From positions 126,232,001 through 126,296,000 of the forward strand of contig OZ024743.1 in assembly GCA_964016885.1 (NCBI GenBank): a stretch of DNA of 64,000 bases, written 5' to 3'. Positions 43,601 to 55,372 of the stretch are shown here, in pieces. The position numbers were made by a program, and so were the translations under genes. The notes below the pieces were generated by a model. It did not search any database, was not told the origin of the DNA, and saw only the letters and a program-made list of their open reading frames with translations. This DNA is from Eledone cirrhosa. Taxonomy: Eukaryota. Position 1 is the stretch's first letter, and every line of letters begins with the position of its first letter.

Positions 43601-44231
43601 AGGTCGCCTGCAATAATTATATAGTCACTGTCAGATATTTGGGAGGTAGTGAGCATCAGTGTCTCATAGAATCTGTCTTTTATAGTGCCGGGCAGTCCGG
43701 ATTGGGGTGCATACGCAGATATTACTGTCACCGTAGTTCTATTGAGGACAAGTCGTATTTTAATTATTCTGTCGTTCACTCTATTTACGTCTATTATCTT
43801 ATCCGCCCACTTTTCTGCTACCATGATTCCTACTCCACCCAGCCCATCGTCGTTTCCCACCCAGAAAAGCTTATAACATCGTTTTTTACCCTCAATGAAT
43901 CTAGCAGACCCACCCCTCCACCTGGTCTCTTGAATACAACAAACATCGACCTCCTTACGTTCAAGCATTTCTACAACCTCGTTAGCGCGCCCCTTTAGGG
44001 TGCCTACATTTATGGTACCAACTCTGAAGTTTTGGATCGCGTTTGGAGGGTGGGGGTGGTGTGGGGCGGGGGGAGATGGGGTTATGTTAGCCATCCGCGG
44101 GCGAAACAAAGAAGAGTGCTCGCATTCTCGTCCACGAGGTGAATTTGACTTTAGCATTGGCATTTTCGCTCTGAGCGTCCAGATTTTTCTCTCCCCTCCA
44201 CTCTCCAGGATTCCGCAGTCCGTCCATCCAT

Positions 44232-44236
<5 letters not shown>
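40626..44236 (-). mobile_element. Near full-length RTE-clade LINE in (TA)n
   Basis: Single ORF, 3'UTR 40626-40980 ending in (atg)n, (TA)n on both sides. Confidence 0.95.
40981..44094 (-). CDS. RTE ORF: APE endonuclease, reverse transcriptase and PHD-type finger, uninterrupted (1037 aa from MANITP; upstream in-frame ATG at 44163)
   Basis: NVGTL, QETRW, YAPQ, GDLNGHVG, QVDY, QHRL (APE); DLEKAFDRV, GVHQGSVLSP, YADD (RT); CSVC..CPKC..HKRC..CGRC (C4HC3). Confidence 0.93.
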   Translation of the reverse strand: MANITPSPPAPHHPHPPNAIQNFRVGTINVGTLKGRANEVVEMLERKEVDVCCIQETRWRGGSARFIEGKKRCYKLFWVGNDDGLGGVGIMVAEKWADKIIDVNRVNDRIIKIRLVLNRTTVTVISAYAPQSGLPGTIKDRFYETLMLTTSQISDSDYIIIAGDLNGHVGQHCDGYDEIHGGYGFGTRNEEGSRILEFCDANNLTICNTNFKKRDNHLITYRSGEHTSQVDYILTRRRDRVSVVNTKSLPHEECTSQHRLIISDLIVRSRRTRQQKRTILRRKIWKLKDPTAKNKFQNILLDAFDSKEEHLESDNIEGQWEFLKANLLLATDEVCGWSRPVGRRRVTWWWNSKVEESIKAKKQAWKVWRDGGSRVDYQVARREARREVYLARREAEERKFKHVLQRDDQKREVFRIARQCVKENRDIVGEKCVLNDDGILAITDTDKKAAWKCHYERLLNEENKWEKDSLPHVDPIEGPAVLVEGSIISKAIKDMKTGKAAGPSEIVAEMLKASGTVGHTMVTRIVNQVVQNGAVPKDWHSSIIVNCYKGKGDALDRSNYRGIKLIDQVMKVTEKVIAQLIRERIDLDEMQFGFVSGKSTTDALFIVRQLQEKYLAKGKPLYLAFVDLEKAFDRVPRSIIWWALRKLGVDEWLVRAIQAMYKETVSKVRINNEYSEEFSVKVGVHQGSVLSPLLFIIALQAITEEFKTGCPWELLYADDLTLIAESMAELEKKFQTWKHGLESKGLKINLAKTKVLVCRKENKAAVPSGKWSCSVCRKGVGRNSILCPKCKVWVHKRCSGITGKLTKNIDFTCGRCSGAISSSKCPHNTSSFNCAEGSIEIVDSFRYLGDKISSGGGCSESTVARVRTGWKKFRELIPLLAAKGFSLKMKGRLYDACIRTAMLHGSETWALCAEDIRRLERNEACMLRWMCNSNIRERQSINELRKKLEIRGIRCCLLERRLRWYGHVMRMKVDSCITKCRAIKIDGSHGIGRPRKTWDELINSDLTHLHLSKTMSLDRDLWRYSVTEKTRLASRHL

Positions 44237-44280
<44 letters not shown>

Positions 44281-44284
44281 ATAA

Positions 44285-44478
44285 TAATAAATTTGAGGGC
44301 TCGATAAGGATAAATATATATCAAATATATAAGAACCGTAGAGCAAATATTTATTAAAATAACAGATTAAAGTTTAAGCAAAGAATCGCTGCTTTCACCC
44401 TTAATGGGATTTCCGAAGATCCCATTAATGGTGAAAGCAGCGATTCTTTTCTTAAACTTTAATCTGTTATTTTAATAA

Positions 44479-44481
<3 letters not shown>
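44285..44481. mobile_element. Foldback element with degenerate hammerhead
   Basis: Arms 44348-44410/44419-44481. Combining the arms gives ttt-CCGAAGA-tcccattaagggt-GAAAGCA..TGCTT-aaa. Confidence 0.6.
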
Positions 44482-44510
<29 letters not shown>

Positions 44511-44849
44511 CATCATCATCATCATTTTTACGTCCGCTTTTCCCTGCTTGCAAGGGTGGGACGGGAACTGATTCTGGCTTGATTTCTACAGCTGGATGCC
44601 CTTCCTAACACCAACCTCATTTACAGTGAGTGCTGGGTGCTTTTTTGCCGTGGCGCCTACACGTCCACTTTACAGTGGAATGATAGGCACCCCAGTCCCT
44701 ATCATCTCATTTCTACAACTGAGTAAACTGGAGCAATGTGAAATAAAGTGTCTTGCTCAAGGAAACAACACATCACCTGGTCTGAGAATTGAACTCACAA
44801 CCTTTCGATTACAAGGCCAATGGTCTAACCACTAAGCCATGTGCCTCCA
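44511..44849 (-). mobile_element. Meta-domain SINE with RTE tail, full length
   Basis: Near-identical to 2193-2519. Confidence 0.88.
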
Positions 44850-44865
44850 TATATATATATATATA

Positions 44866-45008
44866 TCGGAACATAGTTAGGACCCCGACAGCCAGAGCTC
44901 AGCCGTCGGGGTCCTGACTCTTTTCCTATTACCCACTCTATTACCCTAAGTATCAAGTACTCTGGTGCATTATGGTCCACCTGGTTTCTTACCACACTTT
45001 CTTTGTTA
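44866..45008. mobile_element. Second copy of the 13251-13454 family
   Basis: Reverse complement of 13251-13362, with a short foldback aggaccccgacagc/gccgtcggggtcct. Confidence 0.75.
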
Positions 45009-45112
45009 TATATATATGCTCTGATTTTTCCAAATTATTGAGCCCTCTGCCACATATATCGGATATTGTTTATCGTGATTTCGTGGGCTGATATTCCGAT
45101 TCTCGATTATTC

Positions 45113-45163
<51 letters not shown>

Positions 45164-45383
45164 AGATAACAAGATATTGTTATAGGTAATCCGATTAGAG
45201 GTTGTGAAAACTTCTTATCATGAATAGTTTAAGCATACAGCGTTGTAAGACTCAACAAGAGGTTTATGTGGATGATGAGTTTATGACTTCACTTGTATTC
45301 CTGTGTAAGTATAACTTGGAGTAATAAAATTGAAAAATTGAAGAATAACATTGTCGACAGTACCAACAAGGAAATTTATTTAT

Positions 45384-45490
45384 AGTCTAACAATTGTTTC
45401 TATGATAGAGTTGTCTAAAAATTGCTAAACACAGAAGGTAGTGTCACTCAATTTTAAATACATATTATCTCCATCATTTCGTCAGAGACT
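45384..45490 (-). ncRNA. Type I hammerhead motif (mirror copy)
   Basis: Reverse complement of the 45573-45679 motif, core intact. Confidence 0.75.
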
Positions 45491-45572
45491 AAGAGAAAAT
45501 AAAATAGATATGCGTAACAGTAAAATTACAAATTCAAATTACCCATTTATATCATCTATTTTATTTTCTCTT

Positions 45573-45679
45573 AGTCTCTGACGAAATGATGGCGATAATA
45601 TGTATTTTAAATTGAGTGACACTACCTTCTGTGTTTAGCAATTCTTAGACAACTCTATCATAGAAACAATTGTTAGACT
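45573..45679 (+). ncRNA. Type I hammerhead motif
   Basis: agtct-CTGACGA-aatgatgg...ctatcata-GAAAC-aatt-GTT-agact. Confidence 0.78.
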
Positions 45680-45762
45680 GTAAATAAATTTCCTTGTTGG
45701 TACTGTCGACTATGTTATTCTTCAATTTTTCAATTTTATATATTTATATATATATATATATG

Positions 45763-45942
45763 TGAGTCCCAGGTTCAATTGGAGGTAACGGCAGTAAGTA
45801 AGATACTCAATATATTAGTAGAGTGTAAACATCAAGTTTAATATAGAAATGACTTCTACAAGACTATAACTGTTTCATTCAAAAGAAATCATCAAGCTTT
45901 CCTGATGATTTCTTTCCTGACCATTTCTATATTAAACTTGAT
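45763..45942. mobile_element. Foldback element with degenerate hammerhead (family of 58947-59162)
   Basis: Shares ttagtagagtgtaaacat..tttaatatag and ctgatgatttc; nested inverted repeats. Confidence 0.6.
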
Positions 45943-46154
45943 ATATATATATACATACAATATAGATATATATCATCATCATCATCGTTTTACGTCCGTT
46001 CTTCGACGCTACCATGGGTTAGACTGGTTGTCCTGTTGTGGGCAGTGCCAGGTTGGGTGACCTTGTCTTGCTCATATGGGAACTGATTTGGGCTTGATTT
46101 CTACAGCTGGATGCCCTTCCTAACGCCAACCTCATTTACAGTGAGTACTGGGTG

Positions 46155-46208
<54 letters not shown>

Positions 46209-46274
46209 TCCTGCACTGTATATATATATATATATTGTATGTATATATATCAAGTTTAACATAGAAATGGTCAG

Positions 46275-47280
46275 CTTCTTGCTGCCCTGACGTCTCTATA
46301 CAAATACCCAAGTTTTTGTGTTCGATTAAATGGTGCTAAATCAAAACCATTCAATGTGGGAGTCAGACTCTGCCAAGGGTGTGTACTGTCACCTCTCCTG
46401 TTCATTATTTCCATGAACAGGATTGACATGCGCAGCCAGGTTGGAAGTGGTACCATGACTGGTGGGTGTAACATCAGTCGGCTGGAATTTGCAGATGACA
46501 TGGTGTTACTTAACTCGACAGAAGGTGATCTTCAACTTGCACTCGATAGGTTTGATGCTGAGTGTGGCATAGCTGGAATTAAAATCAATGCTACAAAATC
46601 TAAGACTCTCGTCCTCTCAAGGAAGCCTGTGCAGTGCACACTACATGTGAATGGAGTCCCACAAAAGCAGGTAGAGAGGTTCAAGTACCTCGGGGCCAGG
46701 TTCATGGGTGATGGAAGGCAGGAGGCTGAATTAAGTGCAAAAACTGGTGCAGTAATGTGCCAGCTTCAGCATTCAGTAATCAGAAGAAAGGAGGTAGGTG
46801 TAAAAGCCAAATCACTGTCTTCAGTTCAGTTTTTGTGCCAACCAATACCTATGGTCATGAATCTTGGGTAATGACCAAAAGAATATGATCGCGAATACAA
46901 GCAGCCAAAATTGGATTCCTCCAAAGGCTCTTTGGAGTAATGTTACTTGATAAAATCCATAGCTTGGAGATCAGAGAGTCTCTCCAAGTAGAGCCGCTAC
47001 TTCTCTGAATTGAGAGATCATAGCTCTGAAACTATGGGCACGTGGTTAGAATGTCTCAGGGAAGAATCGCTGGACAGATTTTACGGGTGAAACCAACCGG
47101 TAGGATAACCAGGGGTAGACCCCAAGCAAGATAGTTGGATAACATCCATGAGCTTGGTTGGTCATGCTTGGGGATCCAGCCAGATCAGTTGGAAACAGTT
47201 GCTTCTGATAGGACCCGCTGGAAGGAGTGTTTGAGGCCTCTGACCCCACGACCCTCTCAGGAATAAGTGGGCGAAGAAAA
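46275..47280 (+). mobile_element. 5'-truncated RTE LINE of a different subfamily (no PHD)
   Basis: QGCVLSPLLF, EFADD, ERFKYLG, YGHESW and GRP motifs with stops and frameshifts. Confidence 0.85.
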
Positions 47281-47304
47281 GAAGATATATATGTATGTGT
47301 GTGC

Positions 47305-47384
<80 letters not shown>

Positions 47385-47894
47385 TATCTAGAGTAGCATT
47401 TCCCAAAGTGGGTTCCAGGATCTGTAAAGCAATTCTGTGGTTCTGTTATATAAGCTGTTTTTTTATAAAATCTAATCAAATTTCCTTACATCATTTACTT
47501 TTTTACTGGTTTTTACTCATTAGACTGAGGTCATACTGGAGTTTACCCTATCAGGTGGTAGTAGAAGTGGCATTATAAAACATACCCTGCTTTAATTGAT
47601 CATATCGACTCTAGTACTTCTTTTTTGTCTGATACTTATTTTATCAATCCTTTTTTGTATAACTACTAATTTATGGGACATAAACATAAATAAAGACATA
47701 GACACACAGATACATACACATTCACACAAATATATGGCAGGCTTTTGCAGTTTCTATCTACCGAATTCCACTCCCAAGGTATTGGTCAATCCATGGTTAT
47801 AGCAAAAGACGGCAAGACTGAACCCAGACCCACATAGATGCAAAATGATTTCCTTAACCACATAACCATGCCTGTACAAACGTTTGTTTTATAA

Positions 47895-48254
47895 CAGGGG
47901 TTCCCAACATTTTTACGTCATCGCCCACTTTCACATGGAAAAATTTTCCACTGCCCACCTGTATGGTATTCAAAAGGATACCAAAAATGTTTGATAAAAG
48001 TTTGTTACTGGTTCGTTATTCCCATTTAACTTCTTGTTTTTTGTAGGGGGTGGAGTTACCTACAGTTTCTTTGCATAGCTCCTTTGAATATTTTTTCAAG
48101 TAGCATATGCTGAAACATCTTCTTAATACTCAAAATCCTATATCATCCACCAAAATTTCCAATCACCCACCATCTTCTGTTCAGTTGCTCATCACCCACC
48201 CAACAGTTGAAATCGCCCTCTGGTGGGTGATATCACCCAGGTTTGGAAACCCTG
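47895..48254. mobile_element. Non-autonomous hAT (Charlie-like) element, 360 bp
   Basis: TIRs caggggttcccaac / gtttggaaaccctg with exact 8-bp TSD ttttataa. Confidence 0.88.
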
Positions 48255-49280
48255 TTTTATAAGTATAAATTTTTTTTCTAAAACAATTTTTGTTTTATTT
48301 AAAATCTTAATAAATTTAGGGTCATGAGTATTGTCTATAAAATATATAGTTTCCATAACTATTTAGTCAGGGAGAAATGTGAATGTCCATGACCCCATCC
48401 AGGGCCCCAGACTGGTGAGTGGGAAGGTTCTTTAGATGGCCCTTTAATTATCTCTTTAGTTTGTATTAGCTATTACAATCAAGGCCATGCTGTAAGTACC
48501 TGTAAGTACCTAAGATTAAGAAGTTATATTTGAAAGGACTATGTATCTCATCTAAGATCTAGATCAAAGCTTTCTAAATTTGATAAAAATAACATTTTTC
48601 CTGACACATTAAGTTTTGTTACTGACATGAAATTAATAAACATCAAATCACCTGTCACTAATTAACTAGCCTGACACCACCTTCTCCACACTCACTGACT
48701 ACCCATAATCTAATTTTATCCACCATTACCCACAGTTCATGATTTTTACCCACCATTTACCCATAGTTCATGATTTTACCCACAGTTCCTGATTTTATAT
48801 GCCACTTTACCACCCATACTCTCACCCTACTCCACTTCTTATCACTGCCTCCTTAACCTTACTGAGGACACTCTGTAACAAAAAAAGGTAGTGCTGGAGT
48901 CACAATAAATGCACCCAGCACACTCTGAAAAGTGATAGTGCTGGTATCACAATAAAGAGCACCCAGTTTACCCTATCAGGTGGTAGTAGAAGTGGCATTA
49001 TAAAACATACCTGATACACACCATGAAATAGTTGGCATTAGGAAGGGCATCTAACCATAGAAGCAAGACCCAGTTATCTCACCTGTCTGGCCTCAGAACA
49101 TGTCTAACATGACAATGATATATATCTGAGATCTAAATACTGAATGTATCTCAAATATAGATGTATGAGCATCATATATAAATGATGTTTCTGACTTGGT
49201 TATTGATGATGAAAGTATATAAAACTATTGCATGCAATAGGTATGCCAAAAATATGCATTTGGGATTTTGATATTGTAAG

Positions 49281-49580
49281 TGTAGGCATGGTTGAGTGGT
49301 TATGGAATTTGCTTCACAATTACCTGGTTTCAGGATCCATCCCACTGCATGGCACCTTGAGCATGTGTCTTCAACATAAATGTACCCCACGCACACACAC
49401 TGTGTCCCTATCTATATTTATGTATCATAACTTAAGCAGCTTGACAAAAAACAAGAATGATAAAATAAGTAAATAAGTACCAGACTTGAAAAAATAAGTA
49501 TTAGGGTTGATATGATTAACCAGATCCCTTTATGGTAGTGCCCTAGCATGGCTGCAGTTTAATGAGTGACACTGATAAAA
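49281..49580 (+). mobile_element. Old tRNA-derived SINE
   Basis: ggcatggttgagtggtta A-box-like start and caccttgagcatgtgtctt core-like segment; degraded. Confidence 0.55.
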
Positions 49581-49789
49581 GAAAAAAAGAAGCTTTATGA
49601 AGAACTTATGGTGTTCTTCAATACATCTGAAGTTCCCAACAATAACTTATCCAAAATATGTCAGGAATAACAAATATTACCAAGATAACAAAATCCCTCA
49701 TTTCTAATTTTTACCTTCTTTCTGTTCATTTTTATTTCTCTTATGCAACTTTGTTACCTCCATACTTACAATTGTATCAGCATTGTTTG

Positions 49790-50009
49790 ACTTTAGCATT
49801 TACATTACTCTATATTTACTATTGTATTTTCACAGTAAACACTTTATATCACATAATTATCCAGCATAATATCAAATCTACGAGATTTTGATATTACTTG
49901 TTTTGAGAACAATACCTTAACATCTGTATGACCAGCCAGTTATGGCCGGTTTGAACAGAAAGAGATGAGAGAATTCTGGCCGGTTATAGCCAGTTTAAAT
50001 GCTAAAGGG
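49790..50009 (+). mobile_element. piggyBac-like MITE
   Basis: ctttagcattta...taaatgctaaaggg-ttaa. Confidence 0.7.
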
Positions 50010-50511
50010 TTAAACATATCCCCAAAATAGAATATTTGAAGTGAGATTTCTTTGCATCTAATTACCTGTGGTTAGTTAATAAGGTAAATCTGATGTTAGC
50101 ACTTAGGAGAAAACCTCTCAAAATCTGTATATCTGTTGTGTCTTGTAAAAAAACTACATAGCTATTGGGGTGTGCAGGATTTTGGTTCTCAAAAGGAAAA
50201 AATAGTAAGAAGGAAGAGAATATAGTGAAAGGAAGTTTCAAGTGGTACAATTTCTTTTATGCTTGTGTCTCATGGGACTTTGTTTGTTTGCTTTTTATAG
50301 ATAATAGGTGTAACCTTTATGGACAAGGGCATCCAGAAGTTTGAGGACACGACAAGAAACTGGTCGGAAAGTGCCATCGTTTAGGCTGGATAAAATGCAG
50401 TTATCTGGAAATATAAGAGGTTTAGTTGTTTAAGAAAGTATTGAGAAGTGTTGAGAAGTATTGAGAGAAAGAGAGAGACAAAGCAAAAGAGACTGAGAGA
50501 GCAAAAAATAT

Positions 50512-50568
<57 letters not shown>

Positions 50569-50739
50569 ATACAATAACAGAGATAGTTTAAAGCTAAAGT
50601 CTGACTGGTAACCATCTCACTCAACAAACATTAGGTTATATTAAACTATAAACCCAATTTAAGTGTTTAGGGTGCTAACAATATGTATAATGTGGAAAAA
50701 CCAGTTGTATTATTTTATGAGATATAATTAAAGTTAAAG

Positions 50740-51137
<398 letters not shown>

Positions 51138-52633
51138 AGAATTTAATATTCAATAAAATGTTCTCTTTTTTTTTTTAAGAGTGAGATTTTTTTAATCACA
51201 AGACAAATTGACAGTCATACATAAAAAAGTAGATCCATACACTAAAAAAATAGATCCATTTTGGGATTATTTTAAAAATAAATATAGATCTTCCTACAAA
51301 CAAACACATGTTGATTTATATTATCCAATACATCATTTCTACAGTTAGAGAAAATGGATGTTAAATGATGTTTGTGATGATTATTTTGTTGTTTTTCTAT
51401 TTTTTTCCTTCTCATTATTTTTGGCAGCTATGAACAGCAATATATCATCATCAACATCATCCTCATCATCCTCGTCATCCTCATTTAACAACAATTTTTC
51501 CCAGCTAGCAAGGGTTGGATGAGTTGGCACAGACCAAGTCTATACTTAATCACATCTCACATACATTCTTATACCCAGTAGAGTGCAAATGGGACAATAT
51601 AATGAAGATAAAATACTAAACAATACACTCTACCTGGGGATGTGGGATGAGTCAATATCCATCAAAATATTTATATATCTTGAAATTTGACTAAGAAAGA
51701 GAAAAATGTTATCTTGTCTGTACAAAAATATACAACAAACTGCTTCTAATGTCATAGAAGTAGCAGTGTCTCATCATAACTGTTAATTCATCCAAAAAGG
51801 TAAAGCTATAAATGCTAAATATTATCATTCACATCATCATAAAACGTCCATTTTCTTGTAAAGACAGTATAGAGTAAAGAGGACTCTACACTCAGGCTGA
51901 TTATATATGACAACCTCTCTAATGTTGGTGCCATGATAAAATGCACCCAGTTTATATACTCTGTGAGGTGGTTGGCATTAGGAATTGGATCTAGCCATAG
52001 ATGCCATGACAAATATAGAACATGTGAGCAAGATGAGGTCTCTCTGACCTATCTAGTCTCACACCAAGACAAGCTGTTCAACCCATACCAGCATGGAAAG
52101 CACACATAAAATACTGATGAAGATGATTCAAGCAGATATATGTATATATACAATGGGCTTCTTTACAAAGAAGGAGCAATAGGTGCATTTTAATGTTTTT
52201 ACATATTGTCAGCATGCAATTGTCTACTCCTGAAATATAGAAAATAATATCTTCTTACAGATTTTGTAATCAAACTATTCTTGGAAAAAGTTTATTTACA
52301 TTTAGTGCAAGCTTCACCAGCTGGTTTTTATTAGTGAAAGCATCAATCTGGTGTAATTCATAATAAATACACATATGGCCCATATACAACATACATTCAT
52401 TTATGTTTAATAAGATTACATTTAGTCTTCTCTTGAATATTTAAGCTGCGAACATGTCATAGATTGTAGAAAATAGTGTTTTATTTGAATACTACTACAA
52501 TGTGAATTGGTTGGAAAACATTAAAAATATGATGATATCAAAGATGTTTGTAGGTCTTTATATTTCATCCGGGAATATAAGTACCTACAAAGAACTGTTT
52601 TAAACATTATTTTATCATTAAATAGCAAGTAAG

Positions 52634-52850
52634 AGCAGTGGATTGGCAGAATCATTAGAGTATCGGAGAAAATGCTTTGTGGCATTTATTCTGGTTCTTT
52701 ACATCCTGATTTCAAATCCTGCCAAGGTCTACTTTGCCTTTCATCCTTTCGAAGTCGATAAAATAAAGTACCAGTCACATACTGGATCGATGTAATGACC
52801 TTTCCCCCTTCCTAAAAATTGTTGACCTTTTACCTAAATCAGAAACAATT
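52634..52850 (+). mobile_element. Nin-domain SINE, older
   Basis: gcagtggattggcagaatc..tttcaaatcc..ctttgcctttcatcctttcgaagtcgataaaataaagtaccag. Confidence 0.8.
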
Positions 52851-54641
52851 ATTAAATAGCAATTGGACCAGGCCTTACCTGGGTTTCTAGTAAGTATCTT
52901 CATCATCATGATTTTATATCAGCTTTCCATGCTGGCATAAAATGGACAAATTGTTACAGTCTGAATCAGTTCTTATTCAGAATTATTGCCCTGCTAGACA
53001 GGTTGGAGTACCATGTCTTACTTGCAGTCTGACATAGTCTCTATGGATGGATACCCTTCCTAATGCTAATCCTTTTACAGAGTGCACTTGGTGCAGTTTA
53101 TTGTGGAACCAAGATTAGATTGATTTTTTTTACCTTGAAAAACAAAGATGTACTCACTACTCCTCATTTTTTTATGTTCATTGAAGGCAAATGCATTCAG
53201 TTTTATATATTTACCCTTTTGATACCAAACTGCCTAAAACTGCCCTGATTCTATCTCAATATATTGAAGTATGTATATCCCAATTGAAACCTTTGTTAAG
53301 TTATGTTACAGACATCAATTTAATAATGAGAAAGTTAGTTATGTTACTAAATATCTCCAAATTCTTGATTATTTTCAAAATGATTTAAGATCACAGGCAG
53401 TGTCTTAGAAATACGGTAATAAAACATTTAAGGTAATCTGGTGCTATAAACATTCAACAACCAGCAACCGTTTTCATGAAAAATGTTGTATTTGGGTGAT
53501 ATTCATTTAACATGGCATAAGCCATATCATCTCTAGCTGAAGCAATCATCATATGTAATTCATTTTAACATTCAATTAACTGATATAGACGTATCTAGTG
53601 ACTTATTAATTCAGGCTTTTTTCATTGCATTTCAGTAGAACAAAATAATATCTGTATACAGAAATGTGATCGCAACATGATAAAATGCACCCAGTACACT
53701 CTGAAAAGTAGAGGGTGAGAGAAAAGGGCATCCAGCCATAGAAAACTGGTCAAACAATAAAACGCACTCTGTAGAGTACAGAAACATATGCAAGTGAGAT
53801 GCAAGTCCATCTGTGAGGTAAGTAGCTCCGATTTAACACTGACTTGGTTTGTGATGCCTCATCCAACCCTTGCTAGCAGAGAATACAGATGCTAAATAGA
53901 CATTAAATGGTGGTGGTGTGTGGTGATGAGGATGATGATGATGATGATGACAGTGGTGGTGGTGGTGGTGATGGTGGTGGTGGTGATGATGATGATGGCG
54001 ATGATGATGATGGCAATGATGATGATGATGGTGATGATAAAATGTTAAAAATGAAATTAAAATTTATAAAGTCTATATAATAAGTAAATAAACCAGTATG
54101 TTGTAAATTGATTTTAAGGGGAGACTTTAATAGCAGACTATGGCTAAAACATATTTCAGAAGGATATATGATATACTTAGAATCTGAAAGCAAACTGTTT
54201 CAGATATTAAACTCTTCAAAAGAAAAGACCAAAATAAAAAAAAATAAAAAATTCTAATTGCTATTCATTTTACACTAACGCATATGAAATGTAATTAGAT
54301 AACTAAATAACCACACACACACACACACATCATCATTATCATCATCATCATCATCACCATCCTCATTTTGTGGTCAACTTTCTATACTGGCATGGGGTTG
54401 GCAGATCACTACTGACCAAGTCACTTGGTGCTCTTGTCATACAAGATGAGCCAGGAGAGGGAGGTGTGTGTACACATCTCACATAAACTCTAGTTTTGGC
54501 ATGGTTTCTACAGCTTGATACCCTTCCTAATGCTAAGCACTTTACAGAGTACATATATATATATAAACAAAGGCAGTGGATTCTAATAAATATTGCCTGT
54601 ACAGGAAATCAAAGTGTGTATTCACTTTTCTACAGAGTATA

Positions 54642-55283
54642 TCTGTATATATATAAAATTAAGTATGTGTGTGTGTCTGTGTATTACCTATAGGGGCCTA
54701 CATCTTACGACCGATTTTCATGAAACTTTACAGGCTCATAGATTAGTCATCGGGGAGTGTTTTCTATATATCGGCGTATCGTTTTTTTTTTATTCCGGGG
54801 TCATTCTGCAGATAAAAATCGATAGGGGGAGGGTCACCTTTTTTTAGGTATCGAAAAATAAGATTTTTGGCTCTAGCTCCCACATTTTGCCACTGATTTC
54901 ATTAAAATTTTAAAGCAAAATAGAATTTATCATTGCACATCCTGTAATGGCTTTATATTTTGGATTTTTTGTTCAGGAACGGCGTGGCAGCCGCTTAAAT
55001 ATTCGAAAAAAAAAACTTTTTCGCTCAAATTTCCGCCTTTTCGGCTCTAGCTCCCACATTTTTCAACCGATTTCGTTCAAATTCGAAACTCCCTCCCCCA
55101 GCATGCCCCTTCGTCAGTCACCCGCGTTTCGCAGAGATAGAGGTCATCACCACCCTCCCCCGTATGGTATGTGTGTGACCATAGATGAGTCATCGAGAAG
55201 CAGTCGCTAATATCAACACCTTTTCATCAAAGCAGATATTATTTTACCTACCCAGGCAACGCTGGGTACTGCTGCTAGGCTAG
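54642..55283 (+). mobile_element. Non-autonomous Helitron
   Basis: A|TCtgtatatatataaaa 5' end, subterminal hairpin tacccag-gcaacg-ctgggta (55249-55268), CTAG|T 3' end, internal ccgattt repeats. Confidence 0.8.
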
Positions 55284-55321
<38 letters not shown>

Positions 55322-55372
55322 CGTGGCAGATAGACGTTAAACGATGATGATGATATATATATATCTATATAT

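Larger units (their letters stand above)
45165..45740. mobile_element. Foldback Penelope-like element, ~186-bp arms
   Basis: Arms ~45324-45509/45554-45739 with a 44-nt loop; (TA)n flanks. Confidence 0.8.

Noticed and set aside
44095-44346. N-terminal 84 aa of the 1121-aa ORF call
   Set aside because: The first ~36 codons run through (TA)n and a neighbouring element; the real start must be within the LINE.
50066-50141. Possible extra minus-strand exon (DTTDIQILRGF...)
   Set aside because: Weak aag acceptor and incompatible end phase; exons 63776 and 39313 already join to give VSEDYPDN.
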